Shown: in pieces, positions 47,299 through 56,095 of the stretch
How the letters are laid out: each line of letters opens with the position of its first letter
How positions within the stretch are numbered: position 1 is the stretch's first letter
The notes under the pieces: generated by a model
Database searches by the model: none
What the model saw: the letters and a program-made list of their open reading frames with translations, nothing else
Told to the model about the DNA's origin: nothing
Made by a program: the position numbers and the translations under genes
Assembly (NCBI GenBank): GCA_002717245.1
Contig: PBCY01000018.1
Coordinates: forward strand, 1,135 to 65,134
Source of the DNA: Pelagibacteraceae bacterium
GTDB taxonomy: Bacteria > Pseudomonadota > Alphaproteobacteria > GCA-002720895
DNA length: 64,000 bases
Direction: 5' to 3'

Positions 47299-49206
47299 AT
47301 GTGCGGAATTGTAGGATTTTGGAACCTTAGAAGTCAAGGTAGAGGAAATTTACAAAATATAATTTGTAATATGACCAACACTCTTGAAAGCAGGGGCCCA
47401 GATGATAAGGGTACTTGGATAGATAAAAAAAATAATATTTGTTTAGGTCATAGAAGGTTATCAATAATTGAGTTATCTAAATTGGGAAAACAACCAATGG
47501 TTAGTAGAAACAAAAGATACGTTATGTCTTTTAATGGAGAAATTTATAATTATAAAGAAATAAAAAAAGAATTAATTAAAAACAAAGTAAAATTAAAAAG
47601 TAATTCTGATACTGAAGTATTAATTGAATCGATATCTTTTTGGGGAATAAGAAAAACCTTAAGAATTATTTCAGGTATGTTTGCTTTTGCTTTATTCGAT
47701 TTAAAATATAAAAAAATTTATTTATTTAGAGATAGATTTGGTATTAAACCTTTATACTTTTCATTAAAAGATAATTTATTTTTATTTGGTTCTCAAACTA
47801 AAAGTTTTTTTAAGCACCCAGATTGGAATTATGAAATATCTTATAATTCATTAGCTTCTTTTTTTAAATATAGTTATATACCTTCAAGTCAAAGTATTTA
47901 CAAAAATACTTATCAAGTTCCTCCAGGAGGTTATATTGAGTTTTCATCTAATGGTAATTTAAAAAAAAAGCAATATTGGAATTTAAGTAATGAAATTGAA
48001 AATTTAAAAGAAAAAAATATCCAATATAATAATTTAGAAAATGAAGTTAATCTAAGATTAATTGAATCGGTAAAGAAACATATGGTATCTGATGTTTCTG
48101 TAGGATCTTTTTTATCAGGAGGTATTGATAGTTCATTAATTACCGCATTAATGCAAAATGTATCAAATAAAAGGATTAAGACATTTAATATAGGATTTGA
48201 AGATAAAACAATTGATGAGTCAAATTATGCAAATGATATTGCAAAACATCTTAGAACTGACCATCATAGTGTAATTTTTAGTAATAAAGATATTATTGAT
48301 TTAATTCCTAAGCTAAATAACATCTATGATGAACCTTTTGCGGATTCCTCTCAATTACCAACAATTTTATTATCTCATATAACTAGAGAGAAAGTTAAAG
48401 TAGCTTTATCAGGAGATGGAGGCGATGAATTATTTGGAGGATATAACAGATACAAATGGTCAAAAAATATTAAAAATTTATTTTTTTTACCATTTTTTCT
48501 TAGAAAAATTATTGGTAATTCTATGAGAATTCTAACACCACAACAGTGGCATAAAATATTATGTTTTCTACCTAAAATTAATAGATACCCTTTTATTGGA
48601 GATAAAATATATAAATTATCAGATATCTTTTTATTAGAAAAATTTTCTAATGTTTACCCTTATTTAATTTCTCAATGGCAAGAGCAGGAAATACCATTAA
48701 ATAAAGAAGTTCTATCAGACAATTCCTTAGCGCCCACAAAAGAAGCATCATTTTTAAATATAACTGAACAAATGCAATTAATGGATATGAATAATTATTT
48801 GCCAGACGATATTTTAACTAAAGTAGATAGAGCTAGTATGAATTTTGGTTTAGAAGTCAGAGTTCCTTATCTTGATAAAGATTTAGTTAAATTTGTTTGG
48901 TCTATAGATTCACAAAAAAAGGATTCAAAAAAAATTTTAAAAAACATTTTGTATAAATATATTCCAAAAAAACTAGTTTCAAGACCAAAAATGGGTTTTT
49001 CAGTTCCTTTAAATGATTGGTTAAAAGGACCGTTAAAAGATTGGGCAAGCGAATTAATAAAAAAAGAAAATCTTATTAAAAATAATATAGACGCAGATAA
49101 GGTTTTGTTAAAATGGAATGAGCATATTTCAGGTAAAAGAAATTGGCAATATAAATTATGGCCAATTTTAATATATCAATCTTGGAAACAAGAAATCAAT
49201 ATATAA
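47299..49206 (+). CDS. Asparagine synthase (glutamine-hydrolysing) family amidotransferase, glycan-locus (WbpS-like) type
   Basis: MCGIVG is the N-terminal nucleophile Cys. It also has HRRLSI and SFLSGGIDSS (PP-loop). Confidence 0.9.
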   Translation: MCGIVGFWNLRSQGRGNLQNIICNMTNTLESRGPDDKGTWIDKKNNICLGHRRLSIIELSKLGKQPMVSRNKRYVMSFNGEIYNYKEIKKELIKNKVKLKSNSDTEVLIESISFWGIRKTLRIISGMFAFALFDLKYKKIYLFRDRFGIKPLYFSLKDNLFLFGSQTKSFFKHPDWNYEISYNSLASFFKYSYIPSSQSIYKNTYQVPPGGYIEFSSNGNLKKKQYWNLSNEIENLKEKNIQYNNLENEVNLRLIESVKKHMVSDVSVGSFLSGGIDSSLITALMQNVSNKRIKTFNIGFEDKTIDESNYANDIAKHLRTDHHSVIFSNKDIIDLIPKLNNIYDEPFADSSQLPTILLSHITREKVKVALSGDGGDELFGGYNRYKWSKNIKNLFFLPFFLRKIIGNSMRILTPQQWHKILCFLPKINRYPFIGDKIYKLSDIFLLEKFSNVYPYLISQWQEQEIPLNKEVLSDNSLAPTKEASFLNITEQMQLMDMNNYLPDDILTKVDRASMNFGLEVRVPYLDKDLVKFVWSIDSQKKDSKKILKNILYKYIPKKLVSRPKMGFSVPLNDWLKGPLKDWASELIKKENLIKNNIDADKVLLKWNEHISGKRNWQYKLWPILIYQSWKQEINI

Positions 49207-49213
49207 AAATATT

Positions 49214-50185
49214 ATGAAATTAGTAAAAAATTTTTTTATTACGATTAATAGTAAGGGTTTTTTTGTAACTTTAAACGCTATAAAAAATTTTTTAATTATT
49301 TTAATAAATAATTTTTTTTCATTTTCAAAATTAATAAAAAAAAAAATATTTAATTTTGAAATGTATTTAGATCCAAAAGATAGAGGAATATCTAGAACTT
49401 TGCTTTTGTTTGGAAATAGAGAATTGGATCATAAAATAATATTAGAAACTGTTTTAAAGAAAGATATGAAAATATTTGATATCGGAGCAAATATAGGATA
49501 TTACGTTTTAATGCAGTCAAAATTAATAGGAAAAAAAGGAAAAATATTAGCGGTAGAGCCTGTTAGAAAAAATATGAAATTATTGAAAAAGAATTTAGAA
49601 CTAAATAAAAATAATATCACTAGAACAATCCAGGTCGCTGTAACTAATAAAAAGAAGTTTAAAAAATTTAATGGGTCAGAAATATTTTATACCACCTCTC
49701 ATTCGAATATTGGAAGATTAGATAATAAAATAAAGAATGATAAAAATAAAAAATTTATTACCAGTACACTTTATTTAGAAAGATTAATAAAAGATAATTT
49801 TAATCCTGATCTTATAAGAATGGATATAGAAGGCAGTGAGGTTGATATTTTAAATGATTTAACAGATATTAAACTAAAAAAATATCCTACTATATGTTTT
49901 GAAACACATATTTCTCAATATTTATTAAGAAATAAAAATAATAATTTACCTAAAATGGATAAAACATTAAGAAAAATGTTCAAAATAGGATATAGAGTAA
50001 GATTTGCTTCAACTTCATACGAATTAGGATCAAAAAAGTTAAAAAAATTAGGATATAAGCCATTCTATAAAAATATTAAAACAGATGATGTTAATAGAGA
50101 AATTTATATGAATTTAAAGAATAAAGATGCATTAAAATTAATTTGCTATGAAGGAGGATTGCGAACAATCTTAATGAGTCGTTAA
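49214..50185 (+). CDS. FkbM family methyltransferase
   Basis: Motifs FDIGANIGYY and LIRMDIEGSEVDIL. Confidence 0.8.
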   Translation: MKLVKNFFITINSKGFFVTLNAIKNFLIILINNFFSFSKLIKKKIFNFEMYLDPKDRGISRTLLLFGNRELDHKIILETVLKKDMKIFDIGANIGYYVLMQSKLIGKKGKILAVEPVRKNMKLLKKNLELNKNNITRTIQVAVTNKKKFKKFNGSEIFYTTSHSNIGRLDNKIKNDKNKKFITSTLYLERLIKDNFNPDLIRMDIEGSEVDILNDLTDIKLKKYPTICFETHISQYLLRNKNNNLPKMDKTLRKMFKIGYRVRFASTSYELGSKKLKKLGYKPFYKNIKTDDVNREIYMNLKNKDALKLICYEGGLRTILMSR

Positions 50186-50191
50186 AGTATA

Positions 50192-51262
50192 ATGAAAAAA
50201 ATTATTTTTTTAGTATCAGAGTTAACATATGGAGGTACGCAAAAAACAATCATAAAATTAGTAAAGAGATTTGTTAAAGATGGTTACTTTATAACAATAT
50301 TAACCTTTGAAAAAAAAAAAAATTATAATTTTTCTAATAAAAAAATTGAGTATATCCCATTAAATCTTTTAAAAGATTCTAATAATCTTGTTTCTTCTTT
50401 AATAGAGAATTTTAAAAGAATTATATTTGTCAGAAAAATATTAAAGAAAAAAAGTGGTAATTTAATTTGTTTTTTAACATCTACTAATATTATTGGTTTA
50501 ATTTCAAATATATTTTTAAAAAAAAAAGTAATTTTATGCGAAAGAAACGATATACAGAAACAACCGGTAGCTTTTTTATGGAGGATTTTAAGAGTACTTT
50601 TATATAGATTTGCCAATAAAATTACATGCAATAGTTCAAGAAGTTCTAACTATTTGAAAAATTACGTTCCAGAAAAAAAAATTTTTTACGTAAGAAATCA
50701 TATTGATATAAAAAAAAATTTAGTAACATTTCCAAAAAAAATAATTTTATCTGTCGGCAGAATGCATAATCAAAAGGGATTTGATATTTTAATCAATGGT
50801 TTTAAAAAGAGTAATACTTATAAATTTGGTTGGAAACTATTTTTAGTAGGCGATGGTTATGAGAAGAAAAATTTAATAAAATTAGTAAAAAAACTAAATT
50901 TAAATAAATATATAAAATTTTATAATTTTAGTAATCCTTATAAGTGGTATAAAAAAGCTGGAATATTTGCATTAACATCAAGATACGAAGGAATGCCTAA
51001 TGTTATTTTAGAAGCTTCATCATTAAAATTACCAATTATAATCTCTAGGGACACAGGTGGCGCAACAGATTTTATTATTAATAATAAATCAGGTATAGTT
51101 TTAAAAAAAAATTCATATGATGAATTAGGAAAAAAAATCAGTGAATTAACTAAAGATAAATATTTAAGATTAAAATTAGGCAATCAAGCATATAAAAATT
51201 TAAAATATTACAATAATTTTGAAAATATTTATAAAAATTGGGAAAAAATTATTATTAAATGA
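50192..51262 (+). CDS. Glycosyltransferase family 4 (GT-B, group 1)
   Basis: Motifs GGTQK, VGRMHNQKGFD, SRYEGMPNVILEASSLKLPIIIS (E-x7-E region). Confidence 0.85.
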   Translation: MKKIIFLVSELTYGGTQKTIIKLVKRFVKDGYFITILTFEKKKNYNFSNKKIEYIPLNLLKDSNNLVSSLIENFKRIIFVRKILKKKSGNLICFLTSTNIIGLISNIFLKKKVILCERNDIQKQPVAFLWRILRVLLYRFANKITCNSSRSSNYLKNYVPEKKIFYVRNHIDIKKNLVTFPKKIILSVGRMHNQKGFDILINGFKKSNTYKFGWKLFLVGDGYEKKNLIKLVKKLNLNKYIKFYNFSNPYKWYKKAGIFALTSRYEGMPNVILEASSLKLPIIISRDTGGATDFIINNKSGIVLKKNSYDELGKKISELTKDKYLRLKLGNQAYKNLKYYNNFENIYKNWEKIIIK

Positions 51263-51975
51263 AATCTATTATTATCATACCAGCTAGATGGAATTCAAAA
51301 AGATTTCCTGGAAAACCGCTTGCTAAAATTAATAATAAAGAGTTAATATTTCATGTTTGGGAAAGAGCAATTTTATCAAAACAAGCGGATCTTTGTATTG
51401 TTGCAACAGATGATAAAAGAATAAAAAAATTTTGTGAAAATAATGATATTAAAGTAATAATGACTTCTAAAAAACATTTAACGGGCACTGATAGAGTTCA
51501 TGAAGTTGCAAGAAAAATTAAGTCAGATATATATGTTAATTTACAGGGCGATGAACCTTTAATTGATCCAAAAAATATTGATAAAATAATACTGAATTTA
51601 AAAAAAAACATAAAAACAAAATTTGAAATTTCAACAGGATATTCTTTAATTAAAACTGGGCAGAATAAAAATAAATCAATTGTTTTTCTTTCAAAAACTA
51701 GTGAAGGAGAATTAAAATTCTTAACTAGATCAGAAAATTACATTAAAGATATAAAAAAATTAAAACATATCGGGATTTTTGCTTTTACTAAAGATGGATT
51801 AAAAAAGTTTGCTAAATTTAAATTAAAATTATTAGAAAAAAAAGAAAATATAGAATTATTAAGGTCAGTAGAAAATAATCAAAAAGTTTTTTGTGTAAAA
51901 TTAAATGATAACAACGTTTCAGTTGATTATCCTTCAGATATAGAAAAAGTAGAAAAACAAATTAAAAATCAATAA
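51259..51975 (+). CDS. kdsB: 3-deoxy-manno-octulosonate cytidylyltransferase (CMP-Kdo synthetase)
   Basis: Motifs IIIPARWNSKRFPGKPLAKI, TGTDRVHEVA, NLQGDEPLI. Confidence 0.85.
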   Translation: MKSIIIIPARWNSKRFPGKPLAKINNKELIFHVWERAILSKQADLCIVATDDKRIKKFCENNDIKVIMTSKKHLTGTDRVHEVARKIKSDIYVNLQGDEPLIDPKNIDKIILNLKKNIKTKFEISTGYSLIKTGQNKNKSIVFLSKTSEGELKFLTRSENYIKDIKKLKHIGIFAFTKDGLKKFAKFKLKLLEKKENIELLRSVENNQKVFCVKLNDNNVSVDYPSDIEKVEKQIKNQ

Positions 51976-51977
51976 TA

Positions 51978-53099
51978 ATGACAAAAATAAATATTTGTTT
52001 TCCATTTGTTGGAAATGATATAGGCGGAAGTAGTTTATCTGCGTTAGAAATTATTAATGCATTAGATAAAAAAAAATTCATGATACATTTACCAATACAT
52101 AATAAAGGTCAGTTTTATCAATTACTTAAGTCAAAAAATATGAATATAAATTTTTTACCAATTAAGACTTTTGTAGGACAAAAAAAGGGTTTATTAAGAA
52201 ATTTTATAATTTTAATAAAGAATTTTTTTAAAATTTATTTTTATATAAAAAAAAATAATATAAATTTTGTTCATTCTAATGATGGTTCAATACATCTTAC
52301 ATGGGTAGTACCGACAATTTTTACGAAATCAAAATTTTTTTGGCATCAAAGAAATAAATTTCCAAATTGGCCGCTTTATAAAATTTTTAGTATTTTTTCA
52401 GATAAAATTATTTGTATATCAAATTTTGTTTTTTCTTCTTTACCAAAATTCTTAAAAAAAAAAACAATAGTTATATATGATAAAGTGTCTTTAGTTAAAA
52501 ATAATACTGATACTAATGAAAAAATATTTTTTAATAAAATAAAAAAAATTAATAAAAAAAAAAGAATTCTTTTTTTTGCAAATATAATTGATACAAAAAA
52601 AATTAATATATTTTTAAAATCTGCCTTTTATATTTTCAAAAAAGATGAAAACTGTTTTTTTTTAATTATTGGTTCTGACAAATTTGGAATTTTTGAAAAG
52701 TTATTTAAAAAAATAAATAATAAAAAATTTAAAAAAAAAATTTTTTATCAAAAAAGGATTAATAATGTAAAAAAGTTATTTGATAATTCTAATGCTTTAA
52801 TTTCAACTTCAGTAAATGAGGGTTTAAACAGATCAATTATTGAAGCTATGCTGTGTAACTTGCCTGTTATAGCATCAAATTCCGGAGGACATAAAGAAAT
52901 TATTATTAATAGTAAAACCGGATGGTTAGTTGAAGCAAATAATTATAAAAAATTTTCAAAACAAACTTTAAAATTATTTAGTATGAAAAAAGAACAAATT
53001 TCATATTTAACTAATAATGCAAAAAGACATGCGGAAACTTTTTTTTCTTCTACTAAATTAAAAGAAAAATTAGAGAATTTATATATTAAAAATACTTAA
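51978..53099 (+). CDS. Glycosyltransferase family 4 (GT-B, group 1)
   Basis: Motifs IGGSSLS and SVNEGLNRSIIEAMLCNLPVIASNSGGHKEII. Confidence 0.8.
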   Translation: MTKINICFPFVGNDIGGSSLSALEIINALDKKKFMIHLPIHNKGQFYQLLKSKNMNINFLPIKTFVGQKKGLLRNFIILIKNFFKIYFYIKKNNINFVHSNDGSIHLTWVVPTIFTKSKFFWHQRNKFPNWPLYKIFSIFSDKIICISNFVFSSLPKFLKKKTIVIYDKVSLVKNNTDTNEKIFFNKIKKINKKKRILFFANIIDTKKINIFLKSAFYIFKKDENCFFLIIGSDKFGIFEKLFKKINNKKFKKKIFYQKRINNVKKLFDNSNALISTSVNEGLNRSIIEAMLCNLPVIASNSGGHKEIIINSKTGWLVEANNYKKFSKQTLKLFSMKKEQISYLTNNAKRHAETFFSSTKLKEKLENLYIKNT

Positions 53100-53101
53100 T
53101 T

Positions 53102-54718
53102 TTAAAATTGAAAATATAAGTATGGAGATGGCTTTATATTTGCTAGCGATAAAAGGCAATAAAAAAATAATATATAAATAAAGTAAATACCAAAACCATT
53201 AATTTTAAATCTTTGAAACTGTGGAAATATTAATTTATTTTTTTCAATTTTGACAAAATTATTACTATTTTGAAATACCCATACAATCATAAACGATAGG
53301 ATGATAAAAATAGAGCAATCTTGGATTTGAAAAACTTTAAGAGCATAGTTTCCTTCAAAATTAAATCTAAAATAAGGTATATAGTTTAAAAAATTTTCAA
53401 AGTAGTTTTGCCAATACCCAACTAATTCATTTGGTAAAATAATATCTTTTGTAGGTATTAATGAATTATAAAATGATAAAGCAGAGTCCATACTTTGTGT
53501 TCTAAAAGGTACAAAAGCTAAAGTAACGGATATAAAAGTTAAAATTATTGAAAAAATATTGTAAATGTTATTGTTAGAAAAGACTAGATCAAACTTTTTA
53601 CATATTATTCCCCAGGAATAGCAAATCACTATATACATTCCATGTAAAGTCCCCCATAAAAGAAAATTCCAGGAAGCTCCGTGCCATAATCCAGAAAGAG
53701 AAAAAGTAATAAGAACTGGTAATAATATAGATAATAGAAAGTTAAAATTATTTAATTTTTTCACCATTGAAAATCTTAAAAAAAACATTGCGATGTTAGT
53801 AAATAGATAATCGTTAATAAATCTGGATAATGTAATATGCCATTTTTTCCAGAACTCAATAATATTTCTAGATTTAAATGGCGAATTGAAATTAAAGGGT
53901 AGATTTATTCCAAAAATTTTTGCTAAACCGATAGCCATATCACTATATCCGCTAAAATCGAAGTACATTTGAAATGTGTATGATAAAATTCCTATCCAAG
54001 ATTCTATAAACACTAGATTGTTTCCTTGTTCGTTAGATAAAAATATAGGGTCAGCGTATATTGATAAACTATCGGCTATTATTACTTTTTTAAATAAACC
54101 AATAACAAAAATACATACGCCAAGCGTTATATTGTTATTAAAATTATTTTTTAAAAAAGATAAATTCTCATATTGTTTTTTCATTTCTGCATGATAAACA
54201 ATAGGTCCAGCTATTAGTTGTGGAAAGAAACTAACAAAAATTGAGTAATTTAATAAACTATATTCTTTAGTTTTATTATTTGAGACATCAACCAAATATG
54301 CTATTTGTTGAAAAGTAAAAAATGATATTGCTATAGGTAAAACAATTTTTTCCCAATTTATTGATTTATCGAAAATAATTTCAATGTTTTCTATAAAAAA
54401 ATTTGAGTATTTAAAATACCCAAGTAAAAATAAATTAAATAAAATACCTATAATTAATAATTTTTTTTTTGATTTATATTCTTCCTTATAAGAAATCTTT
54501 TTTGCTAAAAAAAAATTAAACAAAATTGACCCAGTAATTAGAAAAATATATTTAGGGTTCCAATACCCATAAAAGAAGAATGATGCTATTAGAAGTATAA
54601 TTATGTAGCAGTTATTTTTAGATAAATTTTTAAACTTTATAAATGAAGGAGATAAATAATAAAAACTTATTACCAATGGTAAAAAAAGCAAAATAAACAA
54701 GTAAGAGTTAAAAAGCAT
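53102..54718 (-). CDS. MBOAT family membrane-bound O-acyltransferase (AlgI/DltB-like)
   Basis: Motifs FTFQQIAYLVD, AGPIVYH, FWKKWHITLSRFINDYLF, SGLWHGASWNFLLWGTLHG (catalytic His region). Confidence 0.9.
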   Translation of the reverse strand: MLFNSYLFILLFLPLVISFYYLSPSFIKFKNLSKNNCYIIILLIASFFFYGYWNPKYIFLITGSILFNFFLAKKISYKEEYKSKKKLLIIGILFNLFLLGYFKYSNFFIENIEIIFDKSINWEKIVLPIAISFFTFQQIAYLVDVSNNKTKEYSLLNYSIFVSFFPQLIAGPIVYHAEMKKQYENLSFLKNNFNNNITLGVCIFVIGLFKKVIIADSLSIYADPIFLSNEQGNNLVFIESWIGILSYTFQMYFDFSGYSDMAIGLAKIFGINLPFNFNSPFKSRNIIEFWKKWHITLSRFINDYLFTNIAMFFLRFSMVKKLNNFNFLLSILLPVLITFSLSGLWHGASWNFLLWGTLHGMYIVICYSWGIICKKFDLVFSNNNIYNIFSIILTFISVTLAFVPFRTQSMDSALSFYNSLIPTKDIILPNELVGYWQNYFENFLNYIPYFRFNFEGNYALKVFQIQDCSIFIILSFMIVWVFQNSNNFVKIEKNKLIFPQFQRFKINGFGIYFIYILFFYCLLSLANIKPSPYLYFQF

Positions 54719-54726
54719 TTTTATAT

Positions 54727-54963
54727 TTATATTTTTTTCTTAATATTTTTAATTAGATCTCCAACATTCTTCATTTCCACTATTTCATCTGCATTAAATT
54801 TTATTTTAAATTTATTTTCTATCGTAATAATAAGCTTAACATGATTTAAGCTATCCCAACTCGGTATATCTTTAGCGCTTGTTGAATTCTTTAATTTATG
54901 GTTTTTTAAATTAAAAATATTATTAAATATCTCAGATATTTTTTCTAAAATTTTTTTATCCAT
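54727..54963 (-). CDS. Acyl/peptidyl carrier protein (DltC/ACP-like)
   Basis: 78 aa. The phosphopantetheine attachment motif is WDSLNHVKLIITIE. It lies 8 nt upstream of the MBOAT gene. Confidence 0.8.
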   Translation of the reverse strand: MDKKILEKISEIFNNIFNLKNHKLKNSTSAKDIPSWDSLNHVKLIITIENKFKIKFNADEIVEMKNVGDLIKNIKKKI

Positions 54964-55042
54964 TTTTGTATTTTATATTGTTAGTTGTTTTTTAAAAATA
55001 ATAAAAATATATTAAAGCTTATAACTTATTATTTATTCTTTT

Positions 55043-56095
55043 ATGTCTGTTAATTTAAAAAAAAATCATTTTATTGTAACTTTTAGTATTTTATTATTAT
55101 TAACTCCTTTTTTTTATTATATTTTTTCTATATTTGTAATAATTAATTGTGAAAGATCAAAAGTATTTAAATATATATTTTACCCTATTCATGAAATATA
55201 TAAACCAGATAGAAAAGTTTTTTGTAAATTATCTAAATTAAAAAAACATGAAATAGTTTTTTTAACTGATTCAACAAATTTGGGTAGAGTTGATCAATCT
55301 ACTAAAGGTATATCTGGGTATTTAGAATATTTTTCCAATAAAAAAACCATTAGTGTAGATTTAGGTGGGGGAAATGCTGAAACTTTTGGTTATTTCTTCG
55401 ATAAAAGCCCATTTATTAATTTTTCAAATGTTAAGTATGTAATCTTAACTCTCAATTTAAGATCTTTTGCTGTTACTTCATATACAGCCGCTGAGTTTTT
55501 AGATAGTAAAGATCGTTATTTTTCTAAAATTTTTTATCAGCCATATAAAATTAAAAATTTAATAGAATTGAATAAATTAATATTTAATAGTCAATTATTA
55601 GAAACAAGAATTATTAATTGGGAAAAAGAAGATGCATTAATTAATAATGTAAAAATAGAAAAAAAAATTAAAACTGATAATAATGTTTTGAAAATTGATG
55701 AATATTTTAAAACTTATATGGGAAAAGTAGATTCAAAACACCCTGTATTATTATCAATTCTTAAATTAAAAAAAAAATTAGATAATATGGATATTAAATT
55801 GCTAGTTTATTCTACGCCTATAAATATCAGCGAGGCAAAGCAAGAATTTAAATTTAATAATAAATATTTTGTAAGTAATAAATCTTTCGAAGATAGAGTA
55901 GTTTTTAATTTATCAAATATTAAAAATTATTTTTTTTTGAATAATATTCCTTTTTTAGATCTTACTTTCCAAATAAAAAATATTAAAACTTTTTATGATA
56001 GAGATTATAATATTTCTAGTGAACATATAGATTATAAAGGGAGAAAATTAGTTGCCGATAAATTGAATCAATTTATTAATTTAATTGAAATATAA
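55043..56095 (+). CDS. Membrane-anchored hypothetical protein, SGNH/DltD-like acyl-transfer candidate
   Basis: It has an N-terminal TM helix. VFLTDSTNLG resembles SGNH block I (GDS). SEHIDYKGRKLVA near the C-terminus resembles block V (DxxH..G....A). Confidence 0.4.
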   Translation: MSVNLKKNHFIVTFSILLLLTPFFYYIFSIFVIINCERSKVFKYIFYPIHEIYKPDRKVFCKLSKLKKHEIVFLTDSTNLGRVDQSTKGISGYLEYFSNKKTISVDLGGGNAETFGYFFDKSPFINFSNVKYVILTLNLRSFAVTSYTAAEFLDSKDRYFSKIFYQPYKIKNLIELNKLIFNSQLLETRIINWEKEDALINNVKIEKKIKTDNNVLKIDEYFKTYMGKVDSKHPVLLSILKLKKKLDNMDIKLLVYSTPINISEAKQEFKFNNKYFVSNKSFEDRVVFNLSNIKNYFFLNNIPFLDLTFQIKNIKTFYDRDYNISSEHIDYKGRKLVADKLNQFINLIEI

